A DNA stretch of 64,000 bases from a candidate division FCPU426 bacterium. Lineage in GTDB: Bacteria; Oederibacteriota; Muellerivitia; Muellerivitales; Muellerivitaceae. The translations under genes and the position numbers were made by a program. Location: assembly GCA_963830915.1 (NCBI GenBank), contig CAWHOE010000019.1, forward strand, positions 32,001 through 96,000, given 5' to 3'. Below are positions 22,025 through 33,779 of the stretch, piece by piece (the stretch's first letter is position 1; every line of letters begins with the position of its first letter). The notes beneath the pieces are model-generated. The model was not told where the DNA came from. It did no database searches and saw only the letters and a list, made by a program, of their open reading frames with translations.

Positions 22025-24211
22025 TTAAATCTTCTTAGCGTAATGCTTCAGGACCTTTTGCACGGCAGAGATGACATCTTTGACATCCTGGTCAGACATG
22101 GCTGGATAAAGGGGAAGTGAAAATAGACGGTCGGCCAATCGGGTCGCCTCTGGCAGATCGGATCGCTTGATCTTGTATTTTTGCTGATAAAAGGGGTGCA
22201 AGTGCAGGGGGATATAATGGATCCCGGTCCCAACATTTTCCCCTTTGAGCGCGGAGATGATCCCGTCCCTGTCCAATGAGAGTTCCTCAAGCTTCAATAT
22301 GACGATATAAAGATGGTGATTGGTCAGGCGGTCTTTAGAACTATATTCAGGGCGAGAGAAACCTGGAAGGCCCTGGAAGGCCTGGTCGTACTGTTGGACG
22401 ATCTGGGTACGGCGCTCGTTGAACCCGTCCAATTTATCCAACTGATGCAGGCCGACAGCCGCTTGGACGTCGGTCATGTTGTATTTAAAACCAGGTTCGG
22501 TCACATAGGTCTGTGGTTTACCATCCGAGGTATACCGTTTCCAAGCGTCCTTATCCAAACCGTGCAGTACGAGGCGTCTTAAACGGTCTACCCATTTGCT
22601 ATCGTTGGTCGTGATGGCCCCGCCTTCGATGGCTGTCATGTTCTTGATGGGGTAGAAACTGAAACATGTGAAGGTGCTGAGTCCGCCTATCTTCTTTTTA
22701 CCGTAAATGGAACCCACCGAATGGGCCGCATCCTCGATCACATGGATCTTGTGTTTCTTGGCCAAGGCATGGATCTCCTTCAGGTCGCATGGATAGCCTG
22801 ACATATGGACCGGGATAATGGCCTTGGTCCGTTTGGTGATCTTTCGGGCGATGAGCTTAGTAGCCAGGTTCAATGTGGCTGGGTCGGCATCCACGAAGAC
22901 AGGCTTTGCGCCAACGTGTTCAACGACATTCACGGTGGCGGCGAACGTCAAGGTCGGGACGATGACCTCGTCCCCCGGACCGATATCCATGACCTTCAGG
23001 GCCAGGTGCAGGGCGGAGGTGCAGGAATCCACGGCGATACAATGTTTGACGTCAAGATAATGGGCCAGTTTTTCCTCGAATTTTTTAGTGCGCGGGCCGG
23101 TAGTGACCCAGCCTGAGCGCAATGTCTCGATCACTTCCTTTTCCTCTTCGGGTCCGATGAGGGGGAGCGCGAAAGGAAGGAAATTTTTTCGTATGGGCTC
23201 GCCGCCCTCGACGACGGGACGAACCACGAAGGATTTAAGGGTGCGGATGTTGTAATATTTGGCGTCGTTCTCGTCGGGTATAGTGCCGTCCCTCAAGGCC
23301 TTGGCGATCTCATTGATGGCGAAGGCGGCGTCATATTTGGGGATGAAGCCCAATTCAGAACGGATCTTGTCAAAAGCCACTCGGTAGGTGCGTTTGTCCG
23401 CGTCATCGGGTGTCCATTCCAATTCCACGTCCTTCAAGTTGGAGGCGACCATCTTGGCCAGATCGGCGATCTGATAGTTCTGATCATCACACCCCACGTT
23501 GAAGACCTTGCCGGATACTTTGGGCAGAGGTTCCTTGATGACTTGGCAATAGATGCGGGCTACATCCCGCACATGAATGAAAGGCCGCCATTGTTTGCCG
23601 CCGCCCATGATGAAGATCTTCTTTTTAGTGACGCCGTTCATGGTCATGAGGTTGATGGCAAGGTCAAAACGCATGCGGGGAGAGAGCCCGAAGACAGTGG
23701 AAAAACGAAGCGCGGTGGGGTGGAACCCCTCGCCTTGCAGTGAGAAAAGGTATTCCTCCGCCTTGATCTTGCTCTCGGCATAGGCCGAGACGGGGTTCTT
23801 GGGTGATTCCTCGGTGAGGATCTGGCCTTCCCCAAAACCGTAGACGCTGCAGGAGGATGAGAAAATGACCCGTTTCACCCCATCGCGTTTCGCCATGCGG
23901 AACAACTGACAGCTGCCATCCACGTTAACATCCTCGGTCAGGCCGGGACTCAATTCGCAGGAAGGGTCATTGGATAGGGCGGCCAGATGGATGATCGAGT
24001 CAAACTCTTTCAGGTTACGGCCGCTTTTTTCCAGGTTTCGAATGTCCATTTCCCAGGCTTTGACGGTCTTTTTCTTGAGAAGATCACCCAGGGTCGATTT
24101 TCCAAAATAGAACTTCTCCAAAATGGTCACCTCGTGACCTTCCGAGACCAACATGGGAACCAGGACCGACCCGATATAACCAGCGCCTCCCGTTACTAAG
24201 ACACTCGACAT
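22025..24211 (-). CDS. Fusion of NDP-sugar epimerase/dehydratase and DegT/DnrJ (ArnB-like) aminotransferase
   Basis: N-half: TGGAGYIGS, SSCSVYG, YAESK. C-half: SGWVTTGP, EDAAH, FSFYPIKNM, GFKYNM. Confidence 0.9.
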   Translation of the reverse strand: MSSVLVTGGAGYIGSVLVPMLVSEGHEVTILEKFYFGKSTLGDLLKKKTVKAWEMDIRNLEKSGRNLKEFDSIIHLAALSNDPSCELSPGLTEDVNVDGSCQLFRMAKRDGVKRVIFSSSCSVYGFGEGQILTEESPKNPVSAYAESKIKAEEYLFSLQGEGFHPTALRFSTVFGLSPRMRFDLAINLMTMNGVTKKKIFIMGGGKQWRPFIHVRDVARIYCQVIKEPLPKVSGKVFNVGCDDQNYQIADLAKMVASNLKDVELEWTPDDADKRTYRVAFDKIRSELGFIPKYDAAFAINEIAKALRDGTIPDENDAKYYNIRTLKSFVVRPVVEGGEPIRKNFLPFALPLIGPEEEKEVIETLRSGWVTTGPRTKKFEEKLAHYLDVKHCIAVDSCTSALHLALKVMDIGPGDEVIVPTLTFAATVNVVEHVGAKPVFVDADPATLNLATKLIARKITKRTKAIIPVHMSGYPCDLKEIHALAKKHKIHVIEDAAHSVGSIYGKKKIGGLSTFTCFSFYPIKNMTAIEGGAITTNDSKWVDRLRRLVLHGLDKDAWKRYTSDGKPQTYVTEPGFKYNMTDVQAAVGLHQLDKLDGFNERRTQIVQQYDQAFQGLPGFSRPEYSSKDRLTNHHLYIVILKLEELSLDRDGIISALKGENVGTGIHYIPLHLHPFYQQKYKIKRSDLPEATRLADRLFSLPLYPAMSDQDVKDVISAVQKVLKHYAKKI

Positions 24212-24274
24212 AATTCTTTCCTTTCGAGGTTTATTGATGATCCGTCGGGGTGATGGCGGCTTTCAACCCCGAGG

Positions 24275-25150
24275 TCACTGCTTTCTCCATACATAATCTA
24301 GCTTAAAAGGCCCTGGTTCAAAACCGTTTCTCATATAAAAACGCAAGGCTCCCAGGTTTTCGGTCTGGGTTTTTACCCCCAGGGTGAATCCTACCAGCTT
24401 CTCGGCCCTTCTCCAGCTTTCGGCCACCAGCAGGCTGCCTACGCCCTTGCCCTGAGCGGCAGGGGAAACGGCAATGAGGTCGATCCAAAGGGAGCGATTT
24501 TTATCATCTTTTTTTAATGTCACGAAACCCAGGACTTTTTTATCGAGGGCCACGATAACCTCACTAGCGTACCCGCCCTTTACCGAGTTCTTGGCCCATT
24601 CCCCGTAGATTTTCTTGGCCCCGCCAGGGGGTAGTCCCGGCTCATGATAGAACCTACCCTCTTCAAAGGCTAAATGGGCGATCCTCACCAATTGGAGGGT
24701 ATCTTTTCCCTGGGCTTGCCTCAAAACGATGTTTTGACCTGGAACGGAAGAGGGCCTCAGCTGTTTCATCCGAAGGGTGGAAAGACCTCCGGCATAAGTA
24801 AAACCGATCCTTTCAAGGGCTTGAATGTAAGCGTGTTCGGACATGGAGAGCCGTGCGAAGACGGACGCGGCATTGAGTTTTTCGAACACATCGGGGAAAG
24901 AGGATACGGATTTTTTCAATGCTGTCCATGATCGGCCGGCGGCCCACCTTAATCCCAATCGAGTTTCTTTCAGGATGGAACTTTCCCAGTCAAGTTTAGC
25001 AAGGCAAAGGGCGGCATCCGCTTTGGCTCCCTGTGGGGTCATCCAAACCATTTCGGACGGATCGGGCAGGTTGAAGTCACCTTGTCGACAAGGTAGGGTC
25101 TGAAGGAGGGACCGCAGGCTTTGGGAGCTGCCCTTCGCTCTGGTGAACAA
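24275..25150 (-). CDS. GNAT N-acetyltransferase (WecD/RffC-like)
   Basis: GRFYHEP, IDLIAV...QGKGVG, VKTQTEN..ALRFY. Confidence 0.75.
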   Translation of the reverse strand: MFTRAKGSSQSLRSLLQTLPCRQGDFNLPDPSEMVWMTPQGAKADAALCLAKLDWESSILKETRLGLRWAAGRSWTALKKSVSSFPDVFEKLNAASVFARLSMSEHAYIQALERIGFTYAGGLSTLRMKQLRPSSVPGQNIVLRQAQGKDTLQLVRIAHLAFEEGRFYHEPGLPPGGAKKIYGEWAKNSVKGGYASEVIVALDKKVLGFVTLKKDDKNRSLWIDLIAVSPAAQGKGVGSLLVAESWRRAEKLVGFTLGVKTQTENLGALRFYMRNGFEPGPFKLDYVWRKQ

Positions 25151-25192
25151 GAAAGACTCCTGGATGAATTTATGATCCGGACCTGTTTGCGC

Positions 25193-26128
25193 TCAATAGA
25201 TCCTGTCGATGACGTAACGGGGCCGTTTTTGCACTTCCGAGTAGATGCGGGCCAGATATTCCCCCATCAATCCCAGAAGCACGAACTGAATGCCGAAAAG
25301 GGCCAGCATCACCGCGATGAATGAGGTCAGACCTGAACCCCCTCCGCTTCCGTGGAGCAAACGGTATACCAACAACCAAACCCCCAGGCCCAATCCCACC
25401 CCTGAAAAGAGGAAACCAGCGTAGCTCACGACCCTAATGGGGTAATCTGAAAAACCTATCATGATGTTCAAGACGAAATTGAGGAGGGAAAAAAACTGGT
25501 ACTTGGATTTCCCGCGGGTGCGGGGATCATGGCGCACGGGGACCTCGATGACATTTCGACTCAGGATGTTCATCAACGCGGTGATATAAGTGGCTCGTTC
25601 CTCACATTTGAGAAAACGCTCGATCAACACTCGGCTATAGGCGCGGAGCATGCAACCGTAATCGTGGAGTTTGACGGTGGTCACTCGGGAAATAAGGCGA
25701 TTCACGATCCTGGAGGGGATCGTTCGCAAAAGGGAATCCTCGCGATGTTCCCGCCAACCGGCGGCGATATCGTAACCCTTTTCCACGGCGGCGACCAGTT
25801 TGGGGATCTCTTCGGGAGGATTCTGAAGGTCCGCGTCCAGGGTGACGATGACTTTTCCTTTGCATTCAGCCATCCCTGCTGTTACTGCCGGATGCTGGCC
25901 GTAATTCCTGGCGAAATGAACGACTTTCATGTGGGGATATTTTTTCTTCAAGGTCAATAACAGTTCCAGGCTTCCGTCGGTACTGCCGTCGTTGACGAAA
26001 AGGGCCTCATAACTTTTCCCGGTGGTTTTCAATACCTTGAAGAGCCTTTCGCAGAGTTCTTCCAGGCAAAGTTTCTCGTTGAAAACAGGAATGATCACCG
26101 AAATGGCGGGGAAAGGGGAGGTGGGCAT
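25193..26128 (-). CDS. ArnC-like undecaprenyl-phosphate amino-sugar transferase (GT2)
   Basis: RNYGQHPA, TLDADLQNPPEEIP, DYGCMLRAY, GEYLARIY..RPRY. Confidence 0.85.
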   Translation of the reverse strand: MPTSPFPAISVIIPVFNEKLCLEELCERLFKVLKTTGKSYEALFVNDGSTDGSLELLLTLKKKYPHMKVVHFARNYGQHPAVTAGMAECKGKVIVTLDADLQNPPEEIPKLVAAVEKGYDIAAGWREHREDSLLRTIPSRIVNRLISRVTTVKLHDYGCMLRAYSRVLIERFLKCEERATYITALMNILSRNVIEVPVRHDPRTRGKSKYQFFSLLNFVLNIMIGFSDYPIRVVSYAGFLFSGVGLGLGVWLLVYRLLHGSGGGSGLTSFIAVMLALFGIQFVLLGLMGEYLARIYSEVQKRPRYVIDRIY

Positions 26129-26250
26129 GGTTCCAGGTGTCTCCTTAGTGGATATTGAATGGTAAACCAGATTAGCCACAGTTTATCAGACATTCGGAAG
26201 CCTGGGGAGGGCTTCCTCCTCCGATGGGGGACCTTTCCGGCGAGGATTTA

Positions 26251-27453
26251 TCAGGTAAGGGAAACCTTTTGAGCGATTTCGCGGCCTATGGGCAGGGAAG
26301 CGGTCGCGGCGGGTGAAGGAGCGTTCAAGACGTGAAGGACATTTTCGGCCTCCAAGAACTTGAAATCGTCCAAAAGAGCTCCTCCAGTATCCAGGGCTTG
26401 GGCTCGGACACCTGATCCGCCAGTTACGAGATCTTTACCCTCGATGTCCGGCACCAATTTCTGCAGGGCTTTGACAAAAGCGGATTTGAACAAGGATCGA
26501 TAGATCTCGTGGAGCCCATCGCCGCCGTATTTGAAGGCCATGATCCAGAATCCTGGATAAGTGAGGGTTTCCAAGGCGTCCCTTAAATTGAAACTGAATT
26601 TTCCATAACCTTCCCTTTTATAGGCCAGGACGGCGTTAGGACCGGCTTCCACCCCGCCGTGGATCATGTTGGTGAAATGAACACCTAAAAATGGGAATAG
26701 CGGGTTAGGGACAGGGTAGATGAGGTTTTTGACCAGAGACTCGGCTTCGGGTTTCAAACTGTAGTATTCCCCACGGAAGGGAATGATCTTTACTTTCGGG
26801 GATAAGCCGCATGTTCGCGCGACCCGGTCGCTGTGAAGTCCCCCGCAATTGACCAAATACTTAGCCTTGAAGTCTCCCTGGTTGGTTTTCAGGATCCAAA
26901 GGTTGTCCTGGCGGGTTGCCGAGAAAAGGCGGGTGTTGGTCTGAAGGGTTCCTCCTGACTTTTGGATCAATTCAGCCATCTTTAAACAGACTTCTTTGTA
27001 ATCAACGATACCTGTTCCGGGCACCTTAAGGGCTTTAACGCCTTTGGCGTGGGGTTCCAATTCTTTCAAATGGTCGGGACCGATCAACTCCAACCCCGCC
27101 ACTCCATTGGCCAAGCCCCTCTGATGAAGTTGTTCCAACAGAGGGATCTCCTGGGGGCCGGTGGCCACAACGACTTTTCCCGTAATGCGGCAGGCTACCT
27201 GGTGGGTCTGACAGAATTCTTTCATTTCCCTGGCGCCCTCCACGCTCAAACGAGCCTTGAAGGAGCCTGGTTTGTAGTAGAGTCCGGAATGGATGACGCC
27301 TGAATTGTGGCCCGTTTGGTGATAGGCCAAGGAGTCTTCTTTCTCGATCAATAAAAGGGAGGATCCCGGATATTTTTCAAGCAGGGCTTTGGCAGTGGCG
27401 AGGCCCACGATGCCCCCGCCTACCACGGCGAATTGATACGGGTTGTTCGACAT
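26251..27453 (-). CDS. lhgO: L-2-hydroxyglutarate oxidase family FAD oxidoreductase
   Basis: GGGIVG, HQTGHNSGVIHSGLYY, PFRGEY, YPVP..FPFLGVHFT, NAPSPAAT. Confidence 0.9.
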   Translation of the reverse strand: MSNNPYQFAVVGGGIVGLATAKALLEKYPGSSLLLIEKEDSLAYHQTGHNSGVIHSGLYYKPGSFKARLSVEGAREMKEFCQTHQVACRITGKVVVATGPQEIPLLEQLHQRGLANGVAGLELIGPDHLKELEPHAKGVKALKVPGTGIVDYKEVCLKMAELIQKSGGTLQTNTRLFSATRQDNLWILKTNQGDFKAKYLVNCGGLHSDRVARTCGLSPKVKIIPFRGEYYSLKPEAESLVKNLIYPVPNPLFPFLGVHFTNMIHGGVEAGPNAVLAYKREGYGKFSFNLRDALETLTYPGFWIMAFKYGGDGLHEIYRSLFKSAFVKALQKLVPDIEGKDLVTGGSGVRAQALDTGGALLDDFKFLEAENVLHVLNAPSPAATASLPIGREIAQKVSLT

Positions 27454-27479
27454 ATAAGTTTCCTTTCGCGATAACGGAT

Positions 27480-29491
27480 TCAGGGAATTTCCGGGCCCAA
27501 CGGCATATCTTTTTGAAGGCTTTCGATATCTTCCTTGGAGATCTCCATGGTTTTCACGAAAGTCAGGTGCCAGGGACTCTGGAGCTCTCCCCAGACCGCC
27601 CTCGGATACAACTGACGGAGTTTATCCAAGTCCAACTTATTGGGGATGAAAAGCAACATGACGTTTCGGTTAACTTTGTAGTTGATCGGCAATATCAGGT
27701 CCTTGTTGATATCGGTCATCTTGATCTTGTCACGGGTCAGTACATTGACGGTGGAAGAATCGTATTCCCAATCCACCAACAGATGGCAACGGGGGTAATT
27801 GGCCTTGAGGAAATCCGCGACCTCGATCTGATTGAAACAAAGAGGGTCCCAATATTTATCCCCGTAATTGGCTTTCGTGTCGCTGTAAGTGAAATAATAA
27901 ATGCGGGAATTCCAGGCGACCGCCGATATCACGACCAGGGCCAACAAGAAGAACCCTGTTCGTTGGATGCCCCGTGAGAATCCTGAAAAAAACCGGAATA
28001 ACCAATCCAGGCTCCAGCCGGCCGCCAGAAAAATGAAAGGGACGATGAAGAAGTTACGTAACCCATTGACATAAGTCGGGTCGAAACTGGGCCATTGTAT
28101 GGAAAACGCGTTGGCCGCCACCCCGAAAGCGAACCCTGGCAAGATATACCAACTCAGCCGTTTCCGGTAATGGGTGAAAATCAGGACCAAAGCCAGGAGC
28201 AACAAGGCTCCCACTAAGGGGTCCAATTGGGGGCAGGGCGGACAGAACCTTTGATCCTGCGCTTTGTTCTGATGAACGAAGGTCAAAAGGGTCCAACCGA
28301 TCTTCTCGAATATCAGGCCGTAATTACCCGTTTGTTGGACGGCATTGAAAACGCTCAGCTCGCGCGAGCGGGACAAGAATTCCGAAAGATGGGTCAAGGC
28401 GAAGATGAGATAAGGACCGACCCACCAAAAAAAAGCGAAGATGGTCAAGGCCAAACGGCCGGCATAATTTTTGAGGAACGTTCGGCCTTCCGATAGGTGA
28501 ATGCCCAGCAGAACCAACCCGACCAGGAATGGAATCAGGCGGCCAGGAAGATACTCCATGAAGCAAAAACCGACAAAGATCCCCGCTAAAGCGAAATCCG
28601 ATTTTCGGCCATCCATCAGGGCTCGGGCCAGGAAATAGAAGGATAGGATCTCATACAGGACCAGGAGGATATTCTGGAAAGGGGAAAGACTATAAAAGAG
28701 GTACCACCATCCGGTCGACATCAGGAAACCGCTAACAGCGAAGGTCCAGTGGCGAAAAAAAGCCTGCATAAACGATAGAAGAAAAAGAGCCCGGCCACAG
28801 AAACCAACGCCGAGAAAGCCCGGGCTGAGGCGCAGGAGGTCCCGAAAACTTTCAGGAACAGGGCCAGGATACAAAAGTGCATGGAACCGTTCCCGCCCCA
28901 ACCGATAACGTAAGGGGATTGGAGGGACCCATCGAGGACCCTAAAGGCGTCCGTGATATTGTTGGCTTCGTCGATCTGGAGGCCGGTGATATGTTGCCCA
29001 ATGAAAGGGAATCGCATCAATACGGCGATCAATAGGATCAAGGGTAAGACGATCTTTTCGGATAGGGGATTTCGGTCGGCAATGGTTTCCGGGACCTTAT
29101 CTTTGATGAGCCAGAAGAGACCCAAGGCGATCACCCATGAGAATAGGGCTGGAAAGATCAGATGCTGTGAGAAAAGGAATTGACCGATGGAGGCCAGGAT
29201 AACGGTGGAAATAAAGATCAATAAATCGCGGCGCGAAACTTTCAATTTTTGTTTAGGAAATGATAATTTTGCTGAGGCCGGTTTATTTTTCTCCGAGGAA
29301 GGGAAAAGACTTGTGGGAAAAGCTTTCCATATCAACCAGGCGGCTAAAACTTGAAGGGGGATACCCCAGGCCCAATTAGGGACCGGGCCAGTCAGTTGTA
29401 ATGATCCGATGAACCCCGATAGGATCCCTCCAACCCCATAAAGCCAGTCGAGGGTGTGGGTTTTTTTGGCTTTTTTGATCTTCGCTCTCAT
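27480..29491 (-). CDS. ArnT/PMT-like GT-C membrane glycosyltransferase, one frameshift near 28730
   Basis: Multi-TM with R....GLQIDEA (DE loop). ORFs 28721-29491 and 27480-28901 join if one base is restored (SLLA-GFLM). Confidence 0.75.
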
Positions 29492-29581
29492 GGAAAATTC
29501 CGATATTAAATAAGTTTAAGATCGATCATACCAATGGTACGGCGTATCCAGGCGGCGTCAGGGGTTACTGAAACCGAGATT

Positions 29582-30286
29582 TCAATCACTGAAACGGTAA
29601 CGGATCAAGCAAACCATCGCCACGATGCCATCCCGCCAGGTGATCTTCTTGCCTTCCTCGAACCCCCTGCCGTGATAAGAAATGGGAACCTCGAAAAGTT
29701 TGTATCCCTTTTTCAGCACCTTGGCGGTCACCTCGGGTTCGAAGTCGAAACGATTGGAACGAAGTCGTAAAGAACGAAGGATCTCGCCCTTGAAAGCTTT
29801 ATAACAGGTTTCCATATCGGTCAGTACAGTGTCGTATAGGAGATTGGTGACAAAGGTCAAAAGCTTATTGCCCACGAAATGCCAGAACATAAAAGCGCGG
29901 TGAACGCCTTTGAAACGTGACCCATAGACCACATCGGCCTTTCCTTGTAATAGGAGATCCAATACTTTCTCGTAGTCGGACGGATCGTATTCAAGGTCCG
30001 CGTCCTGGATGATGACGAAATCCCCCTGGGTATGGGGAATGGCTGTTCTGATCGCGGCTCCTTTGCCTTGATTGTGATCATGCTGAAGGATCAGCCCTCC
30101 AGGAACCCGAAGGTTTTTGAGGATGCGGGCGGTCCCATCCGAGGAGCCGTCATTGACAATAATGATCTGTTTTCGGAGACCGAAGAGTTTTACTTTTTGG
30201 ACCTTTTTTAACAACGGGAGAAGGGTATTTTCCTCGTTGTAGACCGGAATGATGATGGAAAGAAGAGGCTTTTTTTTCTGGGCCAT
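29582..30286 (-). CDS. GT2 polyprenol-P glycosyltransferase
   Basis: PVYNEE, NQGKG, QDADLEYDP, TDMETCYK, FEPEVT, EGKKI. Confidence 0.9.
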   Translation of the reverse strand: MAQKKKPLLSIIIPVYNEENTLLPLLKKVQKVKLFGLRKQIIIVNDGSSDGTARILKNLRVPGGLILQHDHNQGKGAAIRTAIPHTQGDFVIIQDADLEYDPSDYEKVLDLLLQGKADVVYGSRFKGVHRAFMFWHFVGNKLLTFVTNLLYDTVLTDMETCYKAFKGEILRSLRLRSNRFDFEPEVTAKVLKKGYKLFEVPISYHGRGFEEGKKITWRDGIVAMVCLIRYRFSD

Positions 30287-30559
30287 GAAACTCTTTCTTG
30301 GCAGCTGATCTGAAACGCGCGATTCTTGAATTCCCAAACAGTCCAACGGTTTCAATTTTGCCCATTCGATCAAGGAAAACAAGGAAAAAGAAAGACTTCT
30401 TCGCTCTTTGGCCCAAACCAATAAAGGTTTTAGTCCCTAAGGTCGGGTAATTTTGATCATTTTTTATAAAATTTCCCGACCTTAAGGACCGGGCACAATG
30501 ACCGTGGTTTCGCTTGGTAAACCTGAGGCCGTTTACTCGTTTGGATCCGACTGGCTCGG

Positions 30560-31288
30560 TTAGGGTTTTCGGCTTGGTTTTAGGCCGACGCAAAACAATG
30601 AAAGCCCGATAGGCCTGGGAAGATATTTCTCGATCCTCGCGATCAAACGGACGACTCGATCATAGAGAAGGATCTGGGACTTTGGGATGATCTTACGTTT
30701 CAGGATCTTGCCATTGAACCACCAGCCAAGCACGCCCAGCAGGTTCAGGTAACGGCAAAAGTCCACTTGAAATCCAGTTTCCAACATTTTATCCCGCAAG
30801 TCTCCCAAGGCGTATCGACGGAAATGGCCATAACTCTTATCCATCGAACCGTAAAGAGAAGGAAGGGCTGGAACGAAAAGCAGGAGTTTGCCACCTGGCG
30901 GTAGGAGCTTATAACAATGTTCGAGGACTTGACGATCGTCGAACAGGTGTTCCAAAACGTTCACGCAAACGATGGTATCGGCCTTGAACGCCTTTAAGGA
31001 TAGTAGGCCTTTTCCGAGGTCGACTTTTTTAAAAGAGATACCCGATCTTCCTTTCAAACGGGCCTTGGCCGCCAAAAGGTATCCGGAATGGAGATCGACC
31101 GCCAGGATCTTGCCGTGAAGGGCCAGGTCGCCCGTCAGGTTGCCGGTACCGCACCCGATCTCGAGGATCCTGCCGCCAAGGAATGGCTGGAGCATTTGAT
31201 AGATCCAGTGGTTGTAATGGACCGCCTCAGCCAGGTCATCGAGAGTTTCCCTCTGACCATCCCATTTGTTTTTTTGACTAGAGGACAA
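30560..31288 (-). CDS. Class I SAM methyltransferase
   Basis: LEIGCGTGN, NVLEHL, FVPA...D..GHFRRY. Confidence 0.9.
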   Translation of the reverse strand: MSSSQKNKWDGQRETLDDLAEAVHYNHWIYQMLQPFLGGRILEIGCGTGNLTGDLALHGKILAVDLHSGYLLAAKARLKGRSGISFKKVDLGKGLLSLKAFKADTIVCVNVLEHLFDDRQVLEHCYKLLPPGGKLLLFVPALPSLYGSMDKSYGHFRRYALGDLRDKMLETGFQVDFCRYLNLLGVLGWWFNGKILKRKIIPKSQILLYDRVVRLIARIEKYLPRPIGLSLFCVGLKPSRKP

Positions 31289-31453
31289 CTGGGTTCCTTT
31301 ATCTAGATGAGTTATTTGCCTGGGAACAATCTAACTGAAGTATGGTGCTGACACAATGGAAAGGCTGGTCAAAGGCGGGTCAAAGGTTCTTTTTGAGCCA
31401 TTGGATGGTCGTGTCGATGGCCTCGGCTTCCTAGGACGTACCACAAAAGGGGC

Positions 31454-31478
31454 GGGTGCCGGCAAGGGGGCCGGCACC
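31454..31478 (-). terminator. GC-rich hairpin downstream of the GH3 gene
   Basis: GGTGCCGGC-loop-GCCGGCACC with a nearby A-run on the + strand. Confidence 0.45.
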
Positions 31479-31507
31479 GAGACCAATCATTGAGATCGAA
31501 AAAAAGC

Positions 31508-33779
31508 TTACTGGCCCGCTGAAGCCAATTCAAAACCATCCTTCAGGGTGTCGTCGGTCGAATCCTTGGCCACCCAAAGGTCGTATCGGCCTGGCTCGAT
31601 CACATACTTACCCTTCTCGTTATAGAAACCGAGTTTCTGACCCGAGAGAATAAAGGTGACCGTCTTTGTCTCTCCTGGGGCGAGAGAGACCCTTTGGAAA
31701 TCCATCAACTTCTTGACGGGCTGGGTGATGGAAGCCGCGCTGGTCCTATGGATGTAGAGCTGGACGATCTCGGTGCCGGCGGTTTTTCCGTTGTTGGTGA
31801 TATCAGCCGTCACCTTGAGATTTCCCGAGGAGGAAAGGCTATTGGAGTCGAGGGCCAAGTGCGAGTAGTCGAAATGGGTGTAACTGAGGCCGAACCCAAA
31901 GGGGAATTGGGGTGTGTTGGGCGCGTCGATATATTTGGATTCCCATTTCTCCTTCCCCTGGGCCGGACGGCCGGTATTCATACGGGAATAATAGATGGGG
32001 ATTCTGTCCTAGATTGCGGGGGAAGGTGACGACCAGTTTGCCCGAGGGATTAGTATCCCCGAAGAGCACGTTGGCCACCGCGGCGCCATGTTGGGTCCCC
32101 AAAAACCAGGATTCTAGGATGGCGGGGATATGATCCGTTTCCCAGGGGATGGTCAGGGGTTTTCCGTTCATCAAGACCAGAACTACGGGAACGCCCGTGG
32201 CTTGAACGGCCTTCACCAATTCTTCCTGACGGCCCGGCAAGTCCAGGGAGGTGCGGCTGGCGGCCTCGCCGCTCATGTTCCTGGTCTCCCCCATCACAAG
32301 GATGGCGACCTGGGCCTGACGGGCCGTCTTGACCGCGTCATCCAGGACCGATTGGGGCGCGCTATTGTCATCCGGCGAGGGGCCGGGTGAATAAAGCACT
32401 TGGGTCTTGGGAGAGACCTTCGCCTTGATGCCGGCGAGGACCGTGGTCACTTTGTCCAAGGCGTCATCACCTCGGCAGGACCAGGAGCCCAGGGGATCCT
32501 TTTGGGAGTCGGCGAGAGTTCCGATCACCGCCACGGTTTTCAAGTCTTTGGATAGAGGAAGGGCGTTTTGGTCGTTCTTCAAAAGCACGATGGATTGTTC
32601 GGCCTCCTCCAGCGCTAAGGCCAGATTGGCCGGGGTCAAGGTCAATGAGTCCTCTTTGGCTTCGTCCGTGTAAGGGTTATCGAAAAGCCCCAACTCGTAT
32701 TTGACCTTCAGGATGCGTCTGACGGCGTCATCGATGAGGGCCGGTGAGATCTTCTTTTCCTTCACCAAGTCGGCCAGATTCTGCCCGTAAACGTTGGAGT
32801 GCATATCCATATCGACACCAGCCCGCAGACCTTTCATGGCCGAGTCCTTGTCGTCGCTGGCGTAACCATGCTGGATCATCTGTTTGATGGACGCCCAATC
32901 CGAGACCACGAAGCCTTGGAATCCCCATTCGCCCTTGAGGATCTCTCGCAAGGTGTGCTGGTTGCCCGAGGTCGGAACGCCGTTGAGGTCATTGAAGGCG
33001 CTCATGAGGGTCCGAACACCCGCTTCCACGGCGGCCTTGAATGGAGGCAGATGGATGTCACGAAGGGTCACCTCGGACATATCGGTGGTGTTGTATTCGC
33101 GGCCCGATTCGGCCGCGCCATAACCCACGAAATGTTTGGCGCATGCGGCGATGGAACCAGGATTGCTTAGGGATTTTCCCTGAAATCCTCGTACCCTTGC
33201 CGCGGCAAGAACAGAACCTAAAGTCGGGTCCTCGCCCGAGCCTTCTGATATACGGCCCCAACGTGGTTCGCGAGAAACGTCAACCATGGGCGCGAAGGTC
33301 CAGCGCACTCCAGCGGCGGAAGCCTCGCTGGCCGCGACACCCTCACAGCGTTCCAGAAGTTCCGGGTCCCAGGCGCAATCCTCCGCCAGGGGAATGGGAA
33401 AAATGGTCTTGTAACCGTGGATCACGTCCAGCCCAAACAATAGAGGAATGTGGAGACGGGATCTTTCAACCGCGGACTTTTGATACTCGTTCGCGTTCTT
33501 GGCTCCGAAGACGTTCAGGAAGGAACCGATCTTTCCCTCGCTCGCCGCGACTTTCATGGCGCCCTCGGTATCCTTCCAGGGGCTGAATTGGACCATCTGA
33601 CCGATCTTTTCCTCGAGGGTCATTTTGGATAAGAGGGCATTGACCTTGGCGTCGAGCGGGGAAAGGGAAGGCCTGGCTTTTTTCATGGGTGTTGGGACGG
33701 CAGGAGGAGTGTCCGCGAATACTCCGGGAGAAAGGAACCAACCGAGAGATAGGATCAACAGCGGGATTAGAATTTTCAT
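31508..33779 (-). CDS. bglX: Periplasmic GH3 beta-glucosidase (BglX-like), one frameshift near 32003
   Basis: DVIHG, APMVD..R.PRWGR, KHF, SDW, Fn3-like tail. Removing one A restores GQIPIYYSRMNTGRP. Confidence 0.85.
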
